DNA of 64,000 nt from Macrostomum hystrix. Its lineage: Eukaryota; Animalia; Platyhelminthes. A program made the translations under genes and the position numbers. The stretch lies in the NCBI GenBank assembly GCA_950097015.1, contig CATNEN010000003.1, positions 5,270,001 through 5,334,000 of the forward strand. The letters are read 5' to 3'. The notes under the pieces were generated by a model. The model saw only the letters and a program-made list of their open reading frames with translations, was not told where the DNA came from and searched no databases. Below are positions 21,342 through 32,783 of the stretch, one piece after another. Within the stretch, counting starts at the first letter, position 1. Each line of letters begins with the position of its first letter.

Positions 21342-24300
21342 TCACTGAGACATTTCGGCTTCTTGCGACGACTGAATAAAGTGGGTGTCTGACGACCCCT
21401 CCGGCTCTGAGGGCATCTCCTCTCCGCCGGCTACTTCGCCTGCAGCTGCCGGCGTGGACGCCACGTGCCACTTATTGGAGGGACGCAGCTGCTGACTGCC
21501 GAGGTAGAGCTTGATGAGCTCGCGGCCGAATATAGTACAAGCCGACGTGGCCGACGCTGCGTACGTCATGTCGGCCAACTGCTCCGTGGCGCCTTCGGTT
21601 GACGGAGTAAATTTCTCCACTGATGACAGGATGCCAACAGTGGGCTGATCGGACCAGCCACCCATCACCATGATGCCACCTTCGAGCACCGCCGTTGATA
21701 GGTTGCTCTTCTGGCGCCGGAGCTGATCGGTTGGTTTGTTGGTTTGTTGGTTGGTTGGTTGGTTGGTTGGTTTGTTGGTTGGTTGGTTGGTTGGTTGGTT
21801 GGTTGGTTGGTTGGTTGGTTGGTTGGTTGGTTGGTTGGTTGGTTGGTTGGTTGGTTGGTTGGTTGGTTGGTTGGTTGGTTGGTTGGTTGGTTGGTTGATT
21901 GGTTGGTTGGTTGGTTGGTTGGTTGGTTGGTTGGTTGGTTGGTTGGTTGGTTGGTTGGTTGGTTGGTTGGTTGGTTGGTTGGTTGGTTGGTTGGTTGGTT
22001 GATTGGTTGGTTGGTTGGTTGGTTGGTTGGTTGGTTGGTTGGTTGATTGGTTGATTACCTATTTTTTTAACTAGTCTATCAAAGAAATAATTAAGCACCG
22101 AAATATTATTTTAATTAATAGCAAACTAAACATAATTAGATTGAGCAGCATTTGATAGTTAATTGTTTAGAATCTGAGAATAGTTCAGGTGCTAATCATG
22201 AGCAGAATGAGCAGCCGAGTTGCATTTGTATCAGACCTGTATCAAAAGCTAGACTGACTCGAAGTTTCCTAAGAGCTGCTAAACAAAACGAATCAAATAC
22301 TACCTAATCGTACTTACCCTTCCTGAGAAGACCCAGCCCTCGCTCTCATGCTGATACGCTTCAACCACCGCCAATCTAGTCTGCCCATCGTTGCCTCCGA
22401 TAGCGTACAATGTGTTGCCCATAGCAACCAGTGAGACGCCGCCGCGAGAGAAATTCATCCGGCTGATAAAGCTCCACTGATCCGTACTAGGATCGTAAAC
22501 CTCGGCCGTGTCGTGATACTGTTGCCCGTTGAAGCCGCCAGCAACGTAGATTCGGCCGTTGAGGGCAGCGGCACCGGCGTCGCTTCGCACGGTGAGCATG
22601 CTGGCCACGGGCAGCCAGCTGTTGTCACTGGTGCTGGTCCGTTCAACCGAATCAAGCCGGCCGCCAAAACGGTCCTGCGTGTCGCCGCTGTGACCGCCGA
22701 TCGCGTAGAGCTGACTGCCGATAGCGGCGCAGCAGACGTAGTAGCGCTTGTAAATCATGCACGAGCCCTCGTACCAGCCCGTCTGAGTTCTCAGGTTGTA
22801 GCAGGAGACCGTGTTCAGGGCGCGCTCCCCGTCGAAGCCGCCGATCAGGTGTAGAATATCGTTAATAACTAGACAGCCGGAGTAGACCCGCCGCTCCACC
22901 TGGCCGATTTCGTTTGGAGATCGGGTGGCATTCGGTAGCCACATTGTCCAGGTGTTGGCACGTGGATTGTACACCTGACATGCGGCTCTAGGTCCGAACT
23001 CCTGGCACCAACCGCCGAACAGCATCACCGCCTCGTGCGGCTCCCTGGGTGTCGAGACCATCGCTAGGCTGTCAATATTTCGACGATAGACGTCCATTAG
23101 GTTTGCTGGCACATTCGGATAGCCGTTGAATAGGGCCTGCAGTTGAGGATAGTGATTCAGAATCGCGTGCTGCAGCAGGGCACCCAAGTCGGCGAAATTC
23201 ATCAGGCCCAGCCGGACACAGCAGAGCAGAGCTTCGCCGTGAATCATTCTCTCTGGCCAGTCGGCGCTGAGCCAGCGCGCCGCAGCTTCAAGAACAATTA
23301 TTTCGGAGTTGCAGTTGATGCCGGCGTGACTCAATAGTCGATGTACCATGCAGAAGTCGAGAGAGGCCCAGTTTGGCTCCTGAACTGCGCGCGGGAAGCT
23401 GCGTAGAATATGCTCGAACGCTACTGAGTTCAGCTCCGGCAGGTATAAGATCTCGGAGAAGGCCCAAATGTTGAGAGCCAAGTCCAAACGGATTGCGCAC
23501 TGCTCCCTGATGTAGCCGAGCAATCTGAGGCGCAGATCCTGATACAGCAGGTAGTCTGCTGCCTGGTACAGCTCGATACAGTTGTCGACACAGACTTGCA
23601 GCTCTCCTTCGTCACTGATAATGGCGTCGAGCACGATTGGAATACCGCACTTTAGAAAGTCGCACTTATCGTAGGGCAGATTCATGTGACTGAAAGGAGA
23701 GATAGTTAATAAGGCTCTTATTTTTCACCGCATCAACTTTTACTTTTCAAGGTTCGCTGCAGCATGATGTTTCCATTTTATTGAATCCTAAGACGGATGC
23801 ACCTTAAACCAGCTTCGCGTACAGTACTTAGAAAACTGAGTTTGTCTGCAAAGCATCTTAATTCACACTCGGTTCTGTATTTGATCGTGTACTTTTGCAC
23901 ACATCGATATGATGCTCAGAGTCGAGTGCAAGGGGGTGAGCGGTTGAGCACACCAAGGTTTCTGAGCTCGAATCGCTTGGAGTATGGACTTACCTGCTAC
24001 TGTGTGAGTATTTAATTAACGCATTGAAGAATGAGCTCTTCTGTGCCATGAGAAGACTCTGCACTGGCCGCAGAGGTTCATGCGGCATGTCTGTGCCAAC
24101 AACTGGTTCCGGGATGCGAATAGTGTGACAGCATAGGGTCATCAGCTTCCGGGCAGCGATCTTGTATGAAACATCGGCGCTCGAAGCAAAGTCGATGAAG
24201 CATCGCTGGATTGTGGTAGTTAGCAGACCGGCCTCCACGGCCTGGTACATGCGCGGCAGAGTCTGCTGACGAAGCTTATCGGTGTTTAGACTGGCAGCAT

Positions 24301-24343
24301 CGTCGGACAAGATGTTGGTCATTGTTTCTAATAGATTAGACAT
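21342..24343 (-). CDS. KLHL10: Kelch-like protein 10-like (BTB-BACK-Kelch); exons 24343-23994, 23689-22318, 21722-21342; about 700 aa
   Basis: [17 protein letters not shown] and BACK-domain LCCVRLGLM. Six GG-Y-W kelch repeats with KLHL10-like linkers ([30 protein letters not shown]). Canonical phase-consistent GT/AG junctions. Confidence 0.85.
21730..22055. repeat. (TTGG)n / (CCAA)n microsatellite in KLHL10 intron 2
   Basis: Visible array abutting the splice acceptor. Confidence 0.97.
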
Positions 24344-25362
24344 TTATGGGGGGATACCAGCTTCTCTTGATAACTGGCCCACTTTAGCTGAAGTAAGAAT
24401 AAAATCTTGCCAGCAGACTATTTAGGTCCATGCTTTGCACTTAGCGGGTCGCTAGAAGGTTCGACCATAGAGTCGACGTACCGATCGGTCTTATTATAAT
24501 AAAGTTAGGTTATAATTAAGTAAAAGTTATAACTCGGAAGTTGTATTTATGCAGGAATTTATTCCCCTCTTTGGCAATACCAAGGAGGTATTTCAAATAC
24601 CCGCGCTCTACTTCACGATGCCAAACCGAATGACCGATTTTCGTGACAGTCAACTAATAAAGTCGAAATTCTGTGCACTTTACGATGAACCAACTTTTAT
24701 CATCGAGATATTAAACGATTCTTTTCAAAGACCCTGATGACAATGACAACATACATTGCGCTTGTATTGCGAATCCATATTGGTTCAATACTTAAAAATG
24801 ACAATAAACATGTAATCAATACAATATTAATCAACAATAACTGCCCACATTGACATGTTCAAGCCGAGAAACGTTGAATATCTTGACCATGTCGATGTTT
24901 AGTGATTCTGGAATAAAAAATTGTGGGTATTTGAAAATACCCCCGTGGAAATTATCTTTCCACTGGTAAAGCCTAGCAGCGTCAATTGATAAAATATTGC
25001 ACATGCATGCAATAAGCAATATGTATGTACACTGCAGTCACGTCACATGCTGGAATATTGACGCACATTCTATGCACGTGATAAGGGGGAGAGAGATGGG
25101 ATGGTCGCACACGCACCCACCCCGCGCGAGGACGAGAAAGTTCAGTGTACATTCAAAATAGCTGGTCTTATGGTCTATAAATGCACATTCTGCATTCTCT
25201 GCCGGGTGCTGTACAAAACAATTTGCTGTGTTCTGCTTTTCGCCCCAAATTAGGAAAGGAAGCCCTCACTTCGCTAGAATTAAAAAAAGGTTGAAGAAAA
25301 CGCAACTCAATAGAAGAGATCACATTGACTCGCAAGACAACGAAGACTAAACGATAGCTGGA

Positions 25363-26940
25363 ATGGATCTAGTGCTTGACTTTGCTGATTGCTGGCTACT
25401 AACACCGTATGTTTATCCCGCGGACATTGCAGAGACCAATCCATATAGGCAATTATTGAGCCTGTTTGTGCTAACAACAGCCGGTGGTTATTTTCTCTAT
25501 CTGGCCACAGCCTGGTTGGGCTATGTACTTTTGTTTGACAAGCGCCTTCTGCAACATCCGCTGATTCTCAAGGATCAGATACGCCGAGAGATTACTTACG
25601 CTTCGAAGTCGATACCAATCATGGGGGTGCTGACTACTCTGGTGTTTTTTGTTGAAGTCCGCGGACACGCTAAGCTATATGATTCTTATGACGAGACGCG
25701 ATTAGGTAAGATTTCATCAAACTGACTAAATTGTCATGATTTGCTGTCAGACATGCTTGAATGCATGTTTATCATATTGATATAACTGATACAAATTGAT
25801 GACATAGCTATCAAACAGGTGATATTTTTATCTAACTGGTGACATAGGAATCTAACAGGTGACTTTGCCATTTAACAGGCGACAGGGATATCAATAACAG
25901 GTGACACGGATATCAATAACAGGTGACACGGATATCAATAACAGATGACACGGATATCAATAACAGGTGACACGGATATCAATAACAGGTGACACGGATA
26001 TCAATAACAGGTGACACGGATATCAATAAGAGGTGACAAAGATATCAATAAAAGGTGACACAGATATCAATAAAAGGTGACACAGATATCAATAAAAGGT
26101 GACACGGATATCGATAACAGGTGACAAATATATCAATAACAGGTGACACAAATATCAATAACAGGTGACACGGATATCAATAACAGGTGACACGGATATC
26201 AATAACAGGTGACACGGATATCAATAACAGGTGACACGGATATCAATAACAGGTGACACGGATATCAATAACAGGTGACACGGATATCAATAACAGGTGA
26301 CACGGATATCAATATCAGCTGTGTCGGTGCTATCTAACAGTTCTGTAACAGGTAAAAATTCTGTCTAACAGGTGTCACAGGCTAACACAGTCTCAAAATG
26401 CTTATCTCTAATTCCCTTCCAGGTTATCTGACTCTGCCATTAACGGTGATCACTTTCATTCTATTCACTGACTGCCTAATCTACTGGATTCATCGTCTAC
26501 TGCATCACAAGCTGATGTACAAGTACATCCACAAGGGCCACCACACCTGGAAGGTGCCAACACCGTTCGCCAGTCACGCCTTCCATCCAATCGATGGATT
26601 CCTTCAGAGCCTGCCCTATCACATCTTTCCATTCCTATTCCCATTGCACAAGCTCACTTATTTGGGCCTGTTTGTGTTTGTTAACGTTTGGACAGTCTCA
26701 ATTCACGACGGTTATTACCGAGTGCCTGCGTTGCTGCGACCGTTTGTAAATGGTAGCGCGCACCACACGGATCATCACCTGTTCTACAACTTTAACTATG
26801 GCCAATTCTTCACTCTGTGGGATCGATTGGGCAGCTCCTTTCGTGAGCCGTCAGCTTTCACTGGTCAGGGTCCAATCGAGACAGTACTGCTGGCTGACAG
26901 AGCTAACGATAACGGTTTGGATTATAGGAAAACTCGATGA
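25363..26940 (+). CDS. SC5D: Sterol C5-desaturase (lathosterol oxidase, ERG3-like); exons 25363-25705 and 26423-26940; 286 aa
   Basis: MDLVL..AD start. Histidine boxes [16 protein letters not shown] and HHTDHH; [22 protein letters not shown]; [13 protein letters not shown]. Junction G|GTAAGA..TTCCAG|GT is in frame. TATAAA at about 25175. Confidence 0.95.
25890..26315. repeat. 22-bp minisatellite (ACAGGTGACACGGATATCAATA)n in the SC5D intron
   Basis: Visible array with degenerate flanks. Confidence 0.95.
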
Positions 26941-27109
26941 AGACTCGTTTAACTAATGCCTACATATTGACATTAGTAGTACCAGAGTTGAATTCGCATG
27001 GTACTTTGACTGTTAAAGTCGTAAATCTATATAATCGTATAATCATTCGCCTTTAAATTATACACACCGCGTGGTATTTTATCGACTATTTTTATTCTGG
27101 ACTAATTTA

Positions 27110-27412
27110 TAATAATAATTGATTACACCTGCCCCAATCGGGTCAGATGTGCAGCCGACAGCACAGCCGCAGCTATTGCGCGGCGCATCTGAAGACTGCG
27201 TACAGCTGTTCAGTCCATGGACTGGGGGGACGCCACACCCACCTTCAATTATCCCAGCTAATGCTGGTACCCATTTAACAGCTGGGTTAACTGAAGCAAT
27301 GCAGAGTTCAGTGTCTTGCTAAAGGACGCAAATTGTTCCAGTGGAGTCGGGAATCGAACCCCCGACCTTTAAGTCGTGAGTTCGACGCCCTAACCACTAG
27401 GCTACAACCTCT
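27110..27412 (-). mobile_element. tRNA-derived SINE family A, best-preserved copy
   Basis: Minus strand: GTAGCCTAGTGGTTAGGGCGTCG...GGTTCGATTCCC, CORE-like middle and (ATT)n tail. Confidence 0.9.
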
Positions 27413-28446
27413 GTAGTGAATTCTGGACTGAAAAGCAACATATCTCTGGCTATGCGACTTACTGTTTCATTTCTATCTAAAAAGGGACATTAATACGTTT
27501 AGGAAAAGCAAGAAGTAAAAAAGCGGCCACATACAGTTTATCAGTGTAGCTTGTTCTTTTCATTCTAGTCTAGCATCGATTAAATATAGATAAATCGTGT
27601 TTCAATACGATTGTCTAAATTGGTTCTTTCTTTGTTTGAATCGTCTTTAAGATTGACGAATTCTGAATTATTTTTCTCTTTCACATTATATTAAAAGATA
27701 AACAAAAATATTAGTGTTTCCCGCAAAAGTCTAAGGACTAACTCTCATACATAAGAACCCTAGAAATAGCCGCCATTTTTTCTTGCAAACTGATAAAAAG
27801 ATCTGCTTGAAAAGAGTTGAATGACGCAAATTAACAGTTCAGTTCTGAACTTTGAATTTGACATGCTCAGACGGCGTGGACAAACAAAATTGAAAATCGA
27901 ATGGAACGAATGTACAGGTCTTTCACATGAGCAAGCGATACACGAACAAGAAGCTACAGACATTTAGTTCTAGTCTCTCCTGTCTCTCCCGGCCTGTACA
28001 TAGCGCTCACTGTACACAGTCATAGCTCTAGTAAATTTTGGGGTTTGAAAGCTCACACTAGACCCGAGAAAATTCAAGCCACAATTTTTTAGTTATTTAT
28101 TTAGCACCGCCAAATACTAATCTCTATAAGCTGCAGTACAGTTATAAAACTAATGCTCAACTCTAGAGCTCTGATAGTAGGAAGCCAGACAGCGCATTGC
28201 ACGTCGGCTTTGCCTGACACTGCATTTATTTAAAGATATATAGAATCGGTTACAGAGATCAGCAACGACCATCGCTGCCTTAGCTAACTGCTATAGCTCA
28301 AATAAATTAAGGTGAGCTAATTCACAATCTGTGTCGCATTCATTATGTATTTTCGTTTAAGATCACATCTCTTTAAAAAAAGAGTTTTTTTAATAACCCC
28401 GTGGTACTGCACAATCGTAATATCTTTCAACAGACTGTAGTACACA

Positions 28447-31400
28447 ATGGACCAGGAGACCATCAAGAAACTAGCCGTCATCCAGTGGGTGCTGACCTTC
28501 CTATTGGTTGGACCAGGATGCGCTGTCGTCATGCTGATGCTGTTTCGCAGCAGCTGGTGGACGGTGATCCTGCTGTACGGCATCTGGTACTACTACGATC
28601 GCGATACACCGCGTCGCGGCGGCCGTCGCATCAACTGGGTTCGACGCTGGCCTCTCTGGCGCCTAATGGCCGACTATTTTCCGGTGCTGTTGCACTCAAC
28701 TTGCGAGCTAGACGCCAATGAGAACTACGTCCTGGGCTATCACCCGCACGGCGTGCTCAGCACCGGCGCCTTTCTGCACTTTGCCACCGAGGCCACCGGG
28801 TTTAGCAGGAAATTTCCAGGAATTACACCCTATCTTAGTGTGCTGGATGGACACTTTGATTTTCCGCTCTATCGAGAGTATTTTATGTGCTCAGGTTAGG
28901 TCCGCTTGGATACTGCATGGGACATTAATTTGGTACTTGTCGACTCGCAGCCAGCGAGAAGCCGAACACACCACACACGCGAACAATGTGTACATCTACA
29001 TCTGCACTGACTTGCTCATCGTCTGTCTGTGTACACTCTCACTGTGCCACTTAGGGGGTTGGACCCTTCAAATATGAATTGCACGAAAAGCCCCCAAGCC
29101 TTCTCTCCGCGGATGCGCCCCAAAGGACTGCGGTCTCGGCGCGCGTAATCGAGCTCAGGCACCTGGATGCCAGAGGCAAACGCAATAGATTGGTCTGCCA
29201 AAGACGCAATCGATCTAAAATTAGGCACTGAGTTTATTAGACTTTAATTAAAAATAGTTTTCTTTACTTCTGTCTTCTTTTATGTACGGTCGGATATATT
29301 CCTGCACTTCAGGGGTAGGCAAACTTCGGCCCGCGGGCCAGATGCGGCCCTTGAAGCTCCTAAATCCGGCCCATCGCCCCTTCCGACACCTACAGTATCC
29401 TGTCTCATATTTCTCTCATCTGGAGATGGAGAGCCTGATCTCTTATCTGTCTCATCTATTCTGTCTCATCTCTCACGTCTCAACTCTCCCATGTCTCATC
29501 TCTCCTGTGTCTCATCTCTCCTGTGTCTCATCTCTCCCGTGTCTCATCTCTCCCCTGTCTCATCCTACCCCTGTCTCATCTCCCTGTCTCATCTCTCCCG
29601 TGTCTCATATTCATACAGTTAATGAGGCCTGCTGCCGTCATACAGTTTAGCTGTCTCCGTAGCATGCACGCTAATAAGTTTATTTAATTAGAATTTTTTA
29701 TAATTACGAGAAATTGTACCCAAACTGTACTCGACTACAAAAGCAACAATTATACTCACATGCAGGCGTGATTTCGGTGCGAAAGGAGAGCCTTCAGCAC
29801 GTGCTATCTGGCAAGCAACGCCAGACAGGTAGGCCATCAGCCCGCAAACTCGTCTGCGTCATCCCTGGCGGCGCACTAGAGGCTCTGGACTCGCATCCGG
29901 GGGCTCTATACCGGGTGCACCTGCGCAACAAACTCGGCTTTGTGCGACTGGCAATGCAAACTGGGTTAGTTTCTTCTAGAGGCCCTGGACTTTTTATTCA
30001 GGGGTGGGGCTTGTATTTGAGGGGGGGCTCCTTGGATTTGAGGGGGGCTCCTTGGATTTGAGGGGGGCTCCTTGGATTTGAGGGGGGCTCCTTGGATTTG
30101 AGGGGGGCTCCTTGGATTTGAGGGGGGCTCCTTGGATTTGAGGGGGGCCTCCTTGGATTTGAGGGGGCTCCTTGGATTTGAGGGGGGCTCCTTGGATTTG
30201 AGGGGGGGCTCCTTGGATTTGAGGGGGGCTCCTTGGATTTGAGGGGGCTCCTTGGATTTGAGGGGGGGCTCCTTGGATTTGAGGGGGGGCTCCTTGGATT
30301 TGAGGGGGGGCTCCTTGGATTTGAGGGGGGGCTCCTTGGATTTGAGGGGGGCCTCCTTGGATTTGAGGGGGGCCTCCTTGGATTTGAGGGGGCTCCTTGG
30401 ATTTGAGGGGGCTCCTTGGATTTGAGGAGGGGCTCCTTGGATTTGAGGGGGGGCTCCTTGGATTTGAGGGGGGGCTCCTTGGATTTGAGGGGGGGCTCCT
30501 TGGATTTGAGGGGGGGCTCCTTGGATTTGAGGGGGGGGCTCCTTGGATTTGAGGGGGGGCTCCTTGGATTTGAGGGGGGGCTCCTTGGATTTGAGGGGGG
30601 CCTCCTTGGATTTGAGGGGGGCCTCCTTGGATTTGAGGGGGGCCTCCTTGGATTTGAGGGGGGCTCCTTGGATTTGAGGGGGGCTCCTTGGATTTGAGGG
30701 GGGCTCCTTGGATTTGAGGGGGGCTCCTTGGATTTGAGGGGGGCCTCCTTGGATTTGAGGGGGCTCCTTGGATTTGAGGGGGGGCTCCTTGGATTTGAGG
30801 GGGGCTCCTTGGATTTGAGGGGGGCCTCCTTGGATTTGAGGGGGGCCTCCTTGGATTTGAGGGGGGCCTCCTTGGATTTGAGGGGGGCTCCTTGGATTTG
30901 AGGGGGGCCTCCTTGGATTTGAGGGGGGCTCCTTGGATTTGAGGGGGGCTCCTTGGATTTGAGGGGGGGCTCCTTGGATTTGAGGGGGGCTCCTTGGATT
31001 TGAGGGGGCTCCTTGGATTTGAGGGGGGGCTCCTTGGATTTGAGGGGGGGCTCCTTGGATTTGAGGGGGGGCTCCTTGGATTTGAGGGGGGGCTCCTTGG
31101 ATTTGAGGGGGGCCTCCTTGGATTTGAGGGGGGCCTCCTTGGATTTGAGGGGGCTCCTTGGATTTGAGGGGGCTCCTTGGATTTGAGGAGGGGCTCCTTG
31201 GATTTGAGGGGGGGCTCCTTGGATTTGAGGGGGGGCTCCTTGGATTTGAGGGGGGGCTCCTTGGATTTGAGGGGGGGCTCCTTGGATTTGAGGGGGGGCT
31301 CCTTGGATTTGAGGGGGGGGCTCCTTGGATTTGAGGGGGGGCTCCTTGGATTTGAGGGGGGGCTCCTTGGATTTGAGGGGGGCCTCCTTGGATTTGAGGG

Positions 31401-32783
31401 GGGCCTCCTTGGATTTGAGGGGGGCCTCCTTGGATTTGAGGGGGGCTCCTTGGATTTGAGGGGGGCTCCTTGGATTTGAGGGGGGCTCCTTGGATTTGAG
31501 GGGGGCTCCTTGGATTTGAGGGGGGCCTCCTTGGATTTGAGGGGGCTCCTTGGATTTGAGGGGGGGCTCCTTGGATTTGAGGGGGGCTCCTTGGATTTGA
31601 GGGGGGCCTCCTTGGATTTGAGGGGGGCCTCCTTGGATTTGAGGGGGGCCTCCTTGGATTTGAGGGGGGCTCCTTGGATTTGAGGGGGGCCTCCTTGGAT
31701 TTGAGGGGGGCTCCTTGGATTTGAGGGGGGCTCCTTGGATTTGAGGGGGCCTCCTTGGATTTGAGGGGGGCCTCCTTGGATTTGAGGGGGAGCTCCTTGG
31801 ATTTGAGGGGGGCTCCTTGGATTTGAGGGAGGCTCCTTGGATTTGAGGGGGGCTCCTTGGATTTGAGGGGGGCTCCTTGGATTTGAGGGGGGCTCCTTGG
31901 ATTTGAGGGGGAGCTCCTTGGATTTGAGGGGGGCTCCTTGGATTTGAGGGGGAGCTCCTTGGATTTGAGGGGGAGCTCCTTGGATTTGAGGGGGGCTCCT
32001 TGGATTTGAGGGGGAGCTCCTTGGATTTGAGGGGGGGCTCCATGGATTTGAGGGGGGGCTTCTTGGATTTGAGGGGGGGCTCCTTGGATTTGAGGGGGAG
32101 CTCCTTGGATTTGAGGGGGGCTCCTTGGATTTGAGGGGGCACCTCTCCTTGGATTTGGGGCGCGCCTCTTGGTGCCTCTTTGGATTTCGGGGCCCATGCC
32201 TTAGACATGGGGGATTAGACTTTGGGGGGGGCCATGCCAGACTTGCTCCCTTAGGTTTATCTGGCTTATTTTGCCCTTTATGTACGCATATAACGTCCTT
32301 TTATTGTATTTAATATATTTTCTGAATCCTTGAACAATCTCCAGTTCTCACCTGGTGCCGTGTTTTTCTTTTGGCGAGATCGACATCTATAACCAGGTGA
32401 ACAATCAGACTGGCACACCGTTACGATCGATCCAGAACTTCCTAGTGAAGATTTTCGGATTCTCAATGCCAATCTTCAGCGGCCATCTTCTGCTACCGTT
32501 TGCTAAGCCAATCAACACTGTCGGTACGATAAATGAATAATTAAACTCGACCTCAATTATGAATAACACATTATACAGTCTGTTTTAGCAAACTACGTTT
32601 ATAATTTAATTCCCTCATTTATAACTTACAGTCGGTGCTCCCATCAAAGTTGAGAAGAATCTAGAACCAACTGATGACGAAGTTCGGAGCCTTCTTAGTC
32701 GTTACATCAGCGAATTGGAATTGCTATTCGACGCCAACAAAGACAAGTACATTGGCAAAGAGGCGAAACTGGAGATTCTGTAA
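28447..32783 (+). CDS. DGAT2/MOGAT family mono-/diacylglycerol acyltransferase; exons 28447-28894, 29766-29964, 32345-32523, 32632-32783; 325 aa
   Basis: DTPRRGGRR, DYFP, GYHPHG, PGGALEAL, KLGFVRLAMQTGSHLVPCFSFGE, PINTVVGAPI. All junctions are GT/AG and phase-consistent; total 978 nt. Confidence 0.93.
28930..29200 (-). mobile_element. SINE family B, diverged copy in DGAT2/MOGAT intron 1
   Basis: Shares GACTCGCAGCCAGCGAG, GTGTACATCT, AAGCCTTCTCTCCGCGG.TGCGCCCC and ATCGAGCTCAGG with the other copies. Confidence 0.7.
29310..29372 (+). mobile_element. hAT (Charlie/MER58-like) DNA transposon terminal fragment
   Basis: CAGGGGTAGGCAAACTTCGGCCCGCGGGCCAGATGCGGCCC resembles the typical hAT left end with GGCCC subterminal motifs. 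No partner end was found. Confidence 0.6.
29440..29610. repeat. Degenerate (TGTCTCATCTCTCC)-like repeat
   Basis: Visible pyrimidine-rich repeats. Confidence 0.8.
30015..32155. repeat. G-rich 19-22-bp minisatellite (GGATTTGA-Gn-CTCCTT)n in DGAT2/MOGAT intron 2
   Basis: Visible array with variable G-run length. It produces the spurious 743-aa and 736-aa ORFs. Confidence 0.97.

Noticed and set aside
21730-22055. Telomere-like repeat
   Set aside because: The unit is TTGG rather than TTAGGG, and it lies in an intron.
29966-32208. 743-aa and 736-aa Pro/Gly/Lys-rich ORFs
   Set aside because: They are antisense translations of the intronic G-rich minisatellite of the DGAT2/MOGAT gene.
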